NCBI GenBank assembly: GCA_030704615.1
Contig: CM060731.1
Coordinates: forward strand, 16,244,001 to 16,308,000
Source of the DNA: Takakia lepidozioides
Taxonomy: Eukaryota > Plantae > Bryophyta
Reading direction: 5' to 3'
Length of the DNA: 64,000 nucleotides
The notes under the pieces are model-generated. The model saw nothing but the letters and a program-made list of their open reading frames with translations. It was not told the DNA's origin and did not search any database. Positions 53,700 through 64,000 of the stretch are shown piece after piece. The translations under genes and the position numbers were made by a program. Within the stretch, counting starts at the first letter, position 1, and the number at the start of each line of letters is the position of its first letter.

Positions 53700-54440
53700 G
53701 TCAGCACAGGCCGTCCACAGGTCAACACGGGCCACCACAGACCAGCACAGGCCCACACAGCTCACTGGTCACAGCCGTCACAGCCCCACACAGGCCACAA
53801 CCTATCACAGCCCTACACAGGTCACAGGGTCACAGCCCCACAGGCCGCAGCCTGTCACAGCCTATCACAACCCATCACAACCCCAAAGGCCACAGGCACA
53901 GCCTGTCACAGCCCCTCATAGCCCCATAGGCCACAGGGCACAACCTGTCCTAGCCTGCCATAGCCTGTCACAGCCCCTCACAGCCCCTCACAGCCCCACA
54001 GGCCACATGGCACAGCCTGTCACAGCCCTAACACAGGTCACAAGGGGTCACAGCCCCAAAGGCCACAGCCCCTCACAGCCCATCACAACGTGTCACAGCC
54101 CGTCAGAGCCCCACAGACCACAGCCTGTCACAGCCCGCCACAGCCCATCACAGCCCCTCATAGTCTGTCACAACCCGTCACAACCCCACAGGCCACAGGG
54201 CACAGCCTGTCACAGCCCCTCATAGCCCGTCACAACCCCACAGGCCACAGGGCACAGTCTGTCACAACCCCTCACAGCCCGTCACAGCCCCACAGGCCAC
54301 TGGGCACAGCCTGTCACAACCCCTCATAGCCCGTCACAGCCCCACAGGCCACATGGCACAGCCCGCCACAGCCCGCCACAGCCCCACAGGCCACAGGGCA
54401 CAGCCTGTCACAGCCCATCACAGCCCCACAGGCCACTCAT
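53700..54440. repeat. CACAGCC-based minisatellite in the retrotransposon 5' leader
   Basis: Dozens of CACAGCCC / GTCACAGCC / CACAGGC variants. Confidence 0.9.
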
Positions 54441-55605
54441 GACAATTTAGTCATTTCTCCAAGGGGTTTAGCCACGCCAAGCTAGGGTTTGTGTCTCTTG
54501 GACTCTAGGCTTTGCACCGAGCTATGGCGGCTGTGAAGAAATCAGCAAGGTATTCTTGCTCTTTCGGCTCCCACACACCACTAATAGTAGCCCTAAGCCA
54601 TGAGGAAGATGGTTGCCACAAATCAAGCCTTCTTTCTCACTTAGACTCCCCAAACATGCCACTAAACTCAATGGCAAACAACCAAGCCTTGCTGGTTTCC
54701 AGCCCTTGTGAGCACTCATTCAAGCGTTTTCCTTGGCCATAGCATCTGTCTTAGAGCCTATTCCAGCCCCCTACACCTGCCACTTCAAGAACCATGCTCT
54801 ATCTAGGCTTGAGGTTGAAACCCCAACTCAGAACACGCTCTACAAGTGTCGGACTGTCACATAAGAGCAGATCAGCCCCTTCCTTCCTTTCTTGCACTCC
54901 CAAACCTGAAAGTACAAGCCTTCAACAGGCTGAAAGCATGCTCCACACATGCATTGCTCTCACATAAGGGAAGTCAGCCCTTCCCTCTTCCTTGCTTGCC
55001 CTCCAAGCTTGAAGATGGAAGCTTCAATGAGCTGAATATATGCTCCACACATACAACCTCTTCACACAAGAGGTATCAGCCCCCTATCTTGGCTCCTTAA
55101 CTCCTTGATGCTCTTTAAGACAAGACTAAGCACTCCACAGCCCTTGCCAAGCTCCTGAAACCCTAAGGCTTACATTTCCAGCCACAAGACACTCATCTTG
55201 TGGTGCAAGAGCTTTTCTTCCAAGCTCTGAAACCCTAGGTGCACATTCTATGGCCTTGCCGCACCTCTTAGCTCCTGTTCCAGCCCTGCTCTTGCCATGA
55301 CAAGAGCCCTCTCAATGCTGAAGCTTGAGATTGAAACCCAATCTCAACATACTCCACAAAGTGCACTGATTTGCCCCAAGCCAAATCAGCCCTTTCGCTT
55401 GGTCTTGCAATCCTGCAGCATGGTGCTTTCATCTCTGAAGCTGAAGATCGAATGCCAAGGTCTACCACCTCATAACCCACATTGCCTCCGCTTCTAACAA
55501 CTAAGAGCTCCACGGTGCTCCTTGCATAACAACCTGGTTTCTCTCATTCTCAAGCAAAAACCACAAGTGCTACAACTAACTCGTATCTGGCACTCACAGA
55601 TACGA

Positions 55606-55620
55606 GCTCATCTTTCTCGA
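55606..55620 (-). promoter_or_regulatory. Putative self-priming primer-binding site
   Basis: TCGAGAAAGATGAGC, 1 nt after the A1 repeat end, is the exact complement of 15 nt inside the repeat (55788-55802). No tRNA-type TGG start. Confidence 0.7.
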
Positions 55621-55621
55621 A

Positions 55622-55951
55622 TGATAAAAAAGAAGAATACAAGCACAAGCTCATGCGAGCTCACAAAGCTGAAGCATAAACTCATGCATATATAAACTCA
55701 TCACTCAAATACAAGTCAAGTCAAGTGCACCCCACGCCATGGGGAATCCACACTACGGCGCCATAGCTAGGCGCGGTGAGGCTCAACTCGAGAAAGATGA
55801 GCCCACCGCGATCTGCCGTGAAGATAAACAACGCCAGGTGCCCAAACATGTATTGGCCCCTGGACGGACACTTGGGTCAATCCCAAATGTCAATATATAA
55901 AAGCTAGTTATTTCCTACATAACTTCACACTAGTGGTAAAATAACTTGACA
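55622..55951 (-). repeat. Terminal repeat A1 (TGTCAAG...TTATCA, 330 bp)
   Basis: Near-identical reverse complement of 60777-61105. Confidence 0.95.
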
Positions 55952-55955
55952 AAGT

Positions 55956-56840
55956 ACATGACAACGAATCATAAGCCAAGCAATTTGTAGATGTCATTCA
56001 CCCCAAATAGCACACCAGAAGACCAGCCAGATTAAGGTGTCGTTGACGACACCTTAATCTGGCACATTCGGGGAAAATAATAATAATAATAATATTTTAT
56101 TATTATTATTTTGAAAACTTGCAAATGAACCCAGCCCTTGCTTTGCAACAAAAGTCCTAGCGTTTACCCAGCATGGATTTTTGGTCACCTGGAAGAAGGA
56201 CATAACAACGAATCGTAAGCAGAGTAATTTGTAGATGCCATTCACCCCAAATAGCACAACAAAAGACCAGCCAGATTAAGGTGTCGTTGACCACACCTTA
56301 ATCTGGCACATTCGGGGAAAATAAAATAATAATAAAATATTAAATTTTTATTTTTATTTTTATTTTTTGAAAACTTGCAAATGAACCCATCCCTTGCTTT
56401 GCAACAAAAGACCTGGCATTTACCCAGCATGGATTTTTGGTCACCTGGAAGAAGGACATGACAACGAATCATAAGCCGAGTAATTTGTAGATGCCATTCA
56501 TCCCAAATAGCACACCAAAAGACCAGCCAGATTAAGGTGTCGTCAACGACACCTTATTCTGGCACATTCGGGGAAAAATTAAAAATTAAAAATATTTATT
56601 ATTTATTATTTATTATTATTTACTATTTATTATTATTATTTTTGGAAAACTTGCAAATGAACCCAACCCCTGCTTTGCAAGCAAAAGACCTGGCATTTAC
56701 CCAGCATGGATTTCTGGTCACATGAAAGAAGGACATGATAGTGAATCATAAGTTATATGGTCCGAGCAATCTGTAGATGTCATTACCCCAAATAGCACAC
56801 CCGAAGACCAGCCAGATTAAGGTGGCGTTGATGACACCTC
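55956..56840 (+). repeat. Tandem array of about 250-280-bp units, each with a hairpin; a further unit lies inverted at 61306-61500
   Basis: About 3.5 units containing GCCAGATTAAGGTGTCGT-TG-ACGACACCTTAATCTGGC (perfect in the first unit) and a variable AT-rich tract. Confidence 0.9.
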
Positions 56841-57551
56841 CGACTCCAGTAGCAGTGGATATTCTTCGTCGGAATGAATCGGCTGTTTTCAAACGATTTA
56901 TATTAAAGCACCAAATGGCCTCTCCACCTTCTTTGCAATTGGGTGTCAACATCTCTCTCGACTTAGGATACTGGATGAAAGGACAACCACAACCCTCTGT
57001 AGTTGACAGAGGTTCACTCTGGAGCTCGGGGGATTTGGCAACCACTACTCAAAAATGCTTTTTAATTTTGCATTCAATCACAAACTACATTCATCCATGT
57101 GCCATTTGTCCAACATACATTCATCGCCCATTCATCCATTATTCATCCGTCATTCATCCATAATGTTGAATTGGTATGCATGTTATACTTGACACTACCC
57201 GCAGTAATAGGTCCTCTAAGCCGAATAGGTGTCCGCGGTTATAGGTGAGCACATCCAAAAGCGTGAGCAGAATTCTGCTGACGGAATTTTCTTCTCACGG
57301 ATTCTGCTCACGGTTTAGCGATCCCCTCTCCCCAGTATTGATAAGAATTCATCTTCCCTAAATGTTTGTTATTCTCACTCTGGCCCTGGTTCGGTGCCAA
57401 TTTGGATTGTGGAAACACCGGAAGTTCCTGCTCCTATAGGATTCAAGTGGATCTCTTCTCCGCTCCCTCATGATCCCCGAATGAAGTTCGATATTTCTCT
57501 TTTACAGCCATCAATTCGTGCTATCAACAGGGGCTTGCTTGATATTCCTCC

Positions 57552-57958
57552 ATGAGTTGGTGCATGTCCTCTTGGAACATTAGTGGCATAGGCTCTGATG
57601 CCTCTACGCCCAAGCGTCGAAGACCTCAGCATTGGGCTTCCTCTCTTATTTCTGCTAATGTTAGTTTGTTTTTGCAAGAACATAAATTAGACTATAGGAA
57701 GATTAGTGCTCTTGGTCACTCACTTTGGCCTCTCTCCTCATCTTGGTGGAACCCTACAATTGTGGATACAAGGGGGTACTGCTATTCTGATTTCCCCATC
57801 TACCTCCCATCTATATGCCTCTTGTTTCCTCAAAGTCGAAACCTGGATGCCAGGAAGGGTTCAATGTGCATTTACTACCTCTTCCTCTATCTTTGGCTCT
57901 TGTGCTTTCATAGATGTCTACGCGCCTAATTCTGTGCAAGAACGCATTGAGCTTACTC
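57552..57958 (+). mobile_element. LINE ORF2 start (APE endonuclease N-terminal half)
   Basis: SWNISG, LFLQEHK, GGTAILIS, DVYAPNS..ERIEL. Continues at 49388 on the minus strand. Confidence 0.8.
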
Positions 57959-58306
57959 AGCTTCCCAGGATCGCATGCTTTCCGGGATTGTGGACCTGGC
58001 CTCCTGTGGGATGCTCAGTTGCAGCAGTTAGTGGAGCCTAATGCTGACAAGCGTGAGCGGGCAATGGGTTTTACCACTGGTACCACGGCGGTGCCGTCTC
58101 TTTCTGAGGCAGCACGTCGTCAGGTGTTGGGGCAAGCAATGGATCTCAATTGCTTGACCTGCATTATCAGCTTGGCTATGGCTGAGCAACGCAGAGTGTG
58201 GAGTGCACTTCCCTCGCTGGTCTCTCTGCCTACCGAGACGGTACATGCAGTGAGTGGGGGCGAGCATGTGAGGACCACGGGGTGTAGGCATCCATGGCAC
58301 ACGTGA
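57956..58306 (+). pseudogene. C5 methyltransferase C-terminal part (motifs IX-X)
   Basis: LSFPGSHAFRD...EPNADKRERAMGFTTGTT...RRQVLGQAMD. Confidence 0.8.
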
Positions 58307-58599
58307 GAGGTGCTCAAGGTTCAGAGGGAGTTGGCAGCCAAGGTGGCGGTGATGGATGAGGCTGGGGATTTTTCTCAGGTTGAGGAAGTCCTCGAGGATG
58401 AGATGATGGGGCAAGATGAGGCCTTGTCATTGACTGAGCATGTAGGGAGTACTGCTCAAGAGGTTACAACATAGCAACCACCCATAGATTAAGGGATCAA
58501 GTATAGGCGAGGTAGATGGGGGCATCCAGAAGCTGGTGGGAGGATGCGTCCTCTACCTCTAAGCCCACTGGACTTAAGGTTGTAGTTACGGAGGACAAT

Positions 58600-58835
58600 T
58601 GGGAGCCTGACATTGGACCCATTGTCACCGGAGGAGAGAGACGACATATACGGCGGTTCCTGAGGGCTTACATGAATTATTTTGCCTTCAGTTTGAAGAA
58701 CTTGGGAGCACTGAAGGGTCAAGAGATCCATATTGAGTTGGCCACTGACACGCCAATCTTTCGGAGACCCTATAGATACAGTGACATGGAGAGGTCTTTG
58801 ATTCAGATGAGGACTCAAGATCTCTGGGAGGTCAG
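58600..58835 (+). pseudogene. Start of Gypsy reverse transcriptase; remainder of RT and RNaseH absent
   Basis: FAFSLKNLG...HIELATDTPIFRRPYRYS..ER. No YxDD motif follows before the integrase. Confidence 0.7.
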
Positions 58836-59049
58836 GTTGGACCTACAACAGAGATTACTGTAGACGGAGTGTCTGAGGACCCTGAGGCTAGTGATGAGCC
58901 AGGTGGTACCAGAGATATACATGAGGATTCGGCTGTCTTGGACTACCTCCGTACTGAAGACATGGCAGCCACTGTGACTGCCAAGGAGAGGGATCGGATC
59001 CTGCAACGAGCCAAGAGGTTCAAGTGGGAGGGGATACACCTACTTTGAG

Positions 59050-60352
59050 TGTAGGAGGATGATCGGGTGAGGATTGTGCCTCACCCCACACAGCGTGCAC
59101 GGTTAGTGCGGCATGCCCATGAGGAGTTGGGGCATTTTGGAGTGCGACGCACTCACAGTTTACTGCAGGGGGCAGTATTGGTGGTGTGGTATGCATACAG
59201 AGGTGCAACAGTTCGTGGCTAGGTGCATGGTGTGTGACAAGGTGCGTGCTTCATTCAACGCCCCTACACCACAGTTGCATCATTTATCAATCATGGGATT
59301 GGGCTACAGGTAGAGTCTTGACTTCGCAGGACCGTTGCCACTGACTATGCGCCACCACAGATATGTGTTAGTGATGGTGGAGCACTTCTCCAAGTGGATT
59401 GAGTTGGTTCCATTGCCTGACAAGGCTAGTGAGGGGGCTGCGTATGCATTCTTGGATCGTGTGCTTAGCCGATTTGGTGCTCCAGCTGAGGTACTCACGG
59501 ACCAAGGGAGAGAGTTCTTGGGGGCTTTGTGTGATAAAACCTTGATAGACCACCACACCACTTCTCGGGATCATCCTGAGGCCGATGGCTTGGCATAGAG
59601 AGTTGTTCAGATGGTGAAGAGGGGTTTGCGCAAGTATAACTTGCAGAAGGGACACCTAGGAGATTGGGATCTTCAGGTTCTTTGGTTAGCCATGGGCTAC
59701 AGGTTCAGCAAACAAGCATCACTTGCCTCCTTCTCACCATATTTCCTTCTCTTTGGCCGAGAGCCAGATTTGCCTGCAGCCATTCGTAGGGACACTGCTC
59801 AAGTCCTTAACCTTGACGATCCGGATGTGTGGGTACGTGCATGTGATCAGCGTGCAGAGTTGTTCAAGAAAGTCATGCCCATGGCTTTTGAGAACCTTGC
59901 CATTGCACAGCACCGTGATACGTTGAGGTATGTCACTATACGTGGTGGAGGATATCGTCCTGGGGTTCGGAGGTCTTAGCCCTGGTGACTATGTTTATTT
60001 GCAGCAGACTGCTCCTACGACTCTGGATGTTACTGCAGGGCGTGTTATTCTGAGGGTTCGAGAGGTGTTGCCCTCAGGGGTCCTGATCTTGGAGGGTCGG
60101 GATGGCATGACTTGGAAGGACCATGTGCGTAATTGTGTGCCATGTCACCTTCTCAATGTCGATGGTAGAGTTGACCCAAACTTGGCAGTGGTACCTGCAG
60201 GTTTGAGGTGCATGCTCTGTGGGTCTGCCAAAGGGGCAGCCACCATGCTGGTGTGTGATCGATGCTCAAGGGGTTGGCATATGGGATGTTTGACTCCACC
60301 TCTTGATAAGGTTCCTGACGGAGATTGGTTGTGTCCACACTGCTTGGGATAG
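59050..60352 (+). pseudogene. DDE integrase (H2C2 plus rve core) with a C-terminal PHD finger, frameshifted
   Basis: AHEELGHFG...CMVC, LDFAGP, VEHFSKW, LTDQGREF, HPEADGLA*R, SPYFLLFGR. PHD CMLC...MLVCDRCSRGWHMGCLTPPLDKVPDGDWLCPHC. Confidence 0.92.
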
Positions 60353-60612
60353 TGGCAGTGGATATGACTAGTGGCAGCTCACAAGACCTGGGAGGCCAAG
60401 CTCATAGGAGTCAATACCCAAGATCTCAGGCTCAAGTTCACAGGTTGCAAGACGACGACTAACGGTGGGGCAACTCTTGTACCCGGCCTCTTGATCTATT
60501 GAGTTTGAGTATAGTAGGGACAGTGGTGGAGGACTTAGTGAGGCTATGGCCACTATCACATCTTGTGGCTACCTAGACTTAGAGGGATCTAAGCGCCAGC
60601 TAGGGGGGCGAT

Positions 60613-61301
60613 TGTGATGGACTAGTGGCTGCACTAGTGGTGACTAGTGGTTGTCTAGTGGCAGCCTAATGGTGCACTAGTGGTGCACTAGTGATAGACT
60701 AGTGTTTGGTGTGCACATATGTTGTGTGGTTTGGACAACGATGTAGTTGTGTAGCGATATGTATGCGCACGACAGCTGTCAAGTTATTTTACCACTAGTG
60801 TGAAGTTAGCTAGGAAATAACTAGCTTTTATATATTGACATTTGGGATTGACCCAAGTGTCAATCCAGGGGCCAATACATGTTTGGGCACCTGACGTTGT
60901 TATCTTCATGGCAGATCGCGGTGGGCTCATCTTTCTCGAGTTGAGCCTCACCGCGCCTAGCTATGGCGCCGTAGTGTGGATTTCCCATGGCGTGGGGTGC
61001 ACTTGGCTTGACTTGTATTTGAGTGATGAGTTTATATATGCATGAGTTTATGCTTCAGCTTTGTGAGCTCGCATGAGCTTGTGCTTGTATTCTTCTTCTT
61101 TATCATTGTGATGGACTAGTGGCTGCACTAGTGGTGGCTAGTGGCAGCCTAGTGGTGGACTAGTGGCTGCACTAGTGGTGACCAGTGGCAGCCTAGTGGT
61201 GCACTAGTGGTGCACTAGTGATAGACTAGTGTTTGGTATGCACATACGTTGTATGGTTTGGACAGCGATGTAGTTGTGTAGCGATATATATGCGCACGAC
61301 A
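60613..61301 (+). repeat. 3' terminal repeats B1 (60613-60774), A2 (60777-61105), B2 (61107-61301), preceded by a polypurine tract (60602-60610)
   Basis: B = TGTGATGG...GCACGACA, containing ACTAGTGG repeats. A2 matches A1. PPT AGGGGGGCG. TSD ACTT at 61302-61305. Confidence 0.92.
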
Positions 61302-62244
61302 ACTTATTCCAGGTGACCAGAAATCCATGCTAGGTAAACGCCAGGTCTTTTGCTTGCAAAGCAGAAGTTGGGTTCATTTGCAAGTTTTTCAAAGAATAAA
61401 AAAACAAAAAATAATATTTTTATTATATTTTGTTTTTTCTTCTCTGAATGTGCCCGATGAAGGTGGCGTTGACGCCAGCTTAATCCGGCTGGTCTTCTGG
61501 GCCAGAATATTTAAGCTTCCGCCAAATTAAAATACACTTATTTAAACTCAACAACACATGGATCCCTGCGCACATGTTGTTGCAGTCATCCATGGTTCAC
61601 TCATCTGGGCAATTTTTCATCCGACACTCATCCAACATTCATCCAATGTTTATCCATTCCCTTTTACGTTCATCATAGATACATTCATCCGACAGTTTTT
61701 CATCGCACATTTGGGCCACATTGTCGTCATGGAGTTTGTCTGTCTTCGCTCCGATGGAAAGAAGATTGCGCCGTTGTAGTGGAGTTTGTGTCCACGGCAA
61801 TAGGCCCACTTGTTCCCTCGCTTTTAGCATCAATAATCTGCTCATGCTTACAATCTGCTCACACTTGGGGGAATCTGCTCACGGGTTCTGCTCATACCTT
61901 TGCTGCCCTCGAGAAGAGAGGGCATGGAAGAGATGGAACCCCTATGAATTCTGCAATTGTAGATAGGGCAGAAGAAGTCGGTGAGTGCCTGGGGAAGGCC
62001 ATGGACGGAAGATCGAAGGAAAGAGGATCAGAGCTGTCATCAGCTAGGACCGAGCATGAAGGCGCACCATATTCAGAAAAGTAGATGAACATGGGGATAG
62101 AAAGGTGCTCAGGGCTCACCACTGGTGGAAAGAGAGAGCTAGGTCCATAGGGGCTAGAGAAACTAACGGAGAGGCCTCTGCCGCTGCTGGTATAACTTGC
62201 AGATCTTCGTTGGAGTGGGATTTCTCGAGCTTTCGGGAGTACTT

Positions 62245-63954
62245 CTACGAAGACATCATTGCCTCGATCAGCTTCATCCCAGCCGCGTATGTGGCCACCA
62301 TATAATGACGCCCTTTTTTGGTTCCCACATTTGGCAGAATGTTGTCTCCAGACAGCCAGGGGAGAACAGAGAGACATGTGTCATCCTTATTGACATATGT
62401 TAGCCTCATGATAAGTAAAACTTGAACAAAGAAGAGATTGCTATTGGGGGAAGAATGATACAGGCGAGACCCGAAAAAGATAGAGGTATCAGAGGAGAGC
62501 TGCAAGTATGGGAGGAAGGAAGAAAAAATGACCCTGACTTTGGAAAGAACTAACTCAAGTTCCTTTCCTAGGGTCAGAGAGAGAACATCTTGCTTGGTAA
62601 TCCAAGCATTGGAGAATTTGTTGTCTCCAGTGAGAAGGATAGATGGGGAGCCTTCAGGAAAGCCAAAAATAATAGGGACAATATTAATAGCAACAGAGCG
62701 AGCACCAACAAGGTGGACTGCATCATCAAGAGAAACATCCACAAAAGATCGTAGTTGAAGACAGAAGGAGGCAAGGCTTTGCGGGCCTTCCGGGGGAGAT
62801 AGAGGGAAAACCGCGGGAATATCCTCCGTAGAAGTAGGAAGATTGGAAGAAGATGGAGAGAGAAGGAACACCCTGGGACTGATCAGGGAGAGTGGAAGAG
62901 AGGAGGTATCACCGCGACTCCTTTTAGTAGGGGGAGGAAGCGGAGGAGAGACATCATTCCTTTTCCTGGAATTGTTTGGCTCCAGCATCTGCCAGGCCAC
63001 AGAAAGCAGAACATCCGGATTAGGCTCTACATAAATAGCATCTTGAGCAGCATTAGCATTACGTAAGACTGGACACTCAGATTTGACGTGCCCTTCTGCT
63101 TGACAGTGGTGACAAATAATAGCCAAGTTAACCTCCTTGACTAGAACATAAACAAATGAATTGTCCAAAGTTGGCAGCTTTAGCGAAGTGGCAATCGTTT
63201 TGGATTCCGGCATCATCACCACCAACTGTGGAACACCTCCATCCCTCACATATTCCAGAGCATTGATGTTGTTGTCCACACTCTGAACGTTCAATTCGAT
63301 CTGTTCAAAGACATTCATGGATCCGATGAATGCCCCAAAGTGGGCCCCGATTTCAGGTAGAGATCGCAAGTAGTTCCCAGGAAGGAAAGGGAGAGCCAGA
63401 ACTCTAGGCTTACAGGCCACACCACCCTTATGACCCCAATCAACTGACCATGGGAACACATGAACCCTGCATTTAGAACGCCTCACATTGAAGGAGAGGG
63501 CTCTAGCAGCAAATTCCTGAGAGCTAAACATGATAGAATAGAAGCCCCTCCCTAGAGCAAGACAAAAATGAGATGTGAGGCCTCCATCGGCACCAAAATG
63601 CTCAAAGAGCCCACTTTCTAGCTGCAAAAGCTCTATCTCTAATTCTGCCTGGAAAATAAATGAGAACCCCCCGCTCCGAGAGGAGCTGCGACTGGTCTTC
63701 AAAGATCGTCAAATGATCGTGTCCATATTGAGGTTTAGGATCGGCTGGTCATCATCAACAGGCCCAGCTTCCTCACTCCAGACAATGATCGGTCTGTTTG
63801 GAGAAGAAGGCTTCCGAGGTCCAGAGCCCAAGACTCCTGCCCCAGAGTTATTTGGGAGATTCCCGGGGACCCAGTTCCGAGATCGGGACTGCCGCCGCGC
63901 AACATTCTTGATACGGGCAGGTGGGGGAGCAGAGGGAGTTGTATGTACCGACAA
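62245..63954 (-). mobile_element. LINE ORF1-like gene (CCHC knuckle)
   Basis: CHHCQAEGHVKSECP. Paralogous to 38858-40222. Upstream of the ORF2 pieces once the inversion is undone. Confidence 0.7.
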
Positions 63955-64000
63955 TATGTTGGTAATAGCGAGGGAGAGAGAGAAGAAGCGTCTGTATAGT

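Larger units (their letters stand above)
49386..61301. mobile_element. Ty3/Gypsy-type retrotransposon carrying a C5 DNA methyltransferase and PHD finger, with split direct repeats; 5' half (55951-49386) on -, 3' half (57956-61301) on + because of a later inversion
   Basis: Gag, protease, C5-MTase, RT start, integrase, PHD. Terminal repeats at 55622-55951 and 60613-61301. 4-bp TSD AAGT/ACTT. Confidence 0.9.

Noticed and set aside
53326-54329. Ser/Gln/Pro/His-rich ORFs
   Set aside because: They are translations of the CACAGCC minisatellite.
55956-56840. CRISPR-like array of palindromic repeats
   Set aside because: Whole about 250-bp units repeat, with no unique spacers and no cas genes; the context is eukaryotic.
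55622-61301. DIRS/PAT/Ngaro tyrosine-recombinase element
   Set aside because: The repeat layout matches, but no tyrosine recombinase is visible. A DDE integrase, a protease, a PPT and a TSD are present.
49386-61301. Two independent Gypsy copies in opposite orientation, or a circle integrated through the MTase
   Set aside because: The halves are exactly complementary with no overlap, and the TSD lies at the repeat termini. One element plus one inversion is simpler.

Overview
Eukaryotic nuclear DNA from a plant. Gene content and style suggest a non-seed land plant such as a bryophyte or lycophyte; this is inference. Bases 1-37 kb hold six intron-containing housekeeping genes: an M3 oligopeptidase (5'-partial), a tRNA-binding OB-fold protein, a CHX cation/H+ antiporter, SDP1 lipase, an ICL/PEP-mutase family lyase and DWF5 sterol reductase. 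An 11-20 kb island carries a Crinkler-like REase-kinase pseudogene, TA-flanked MITEs and two TTAA-flanked piggyBac-like MITEs. Bases 38-64 kb are a nested, twice-inverted TE cluster of LINEs, a CACTA and a gene-capturing Pack-CACTA. The highlight is a Ty3/Gypsy-type retrotransposon whose pol reads protease - C5 cytosine methyltransferase - (RT/RNaseH mostly deleted) - DDE integrase - PHD finger. Its ends are not ordinary LTRs but split direct repeats (A1...B1-A2-B2) with TG..CA termini and a 4-bp TSD. Its PBS is complementary to its own repeat, suggesting self-priming. A later ~8.6 kb inversion cut the element inside the methyltransferase. All calls come from reading motifs by eye; no database searches were run.
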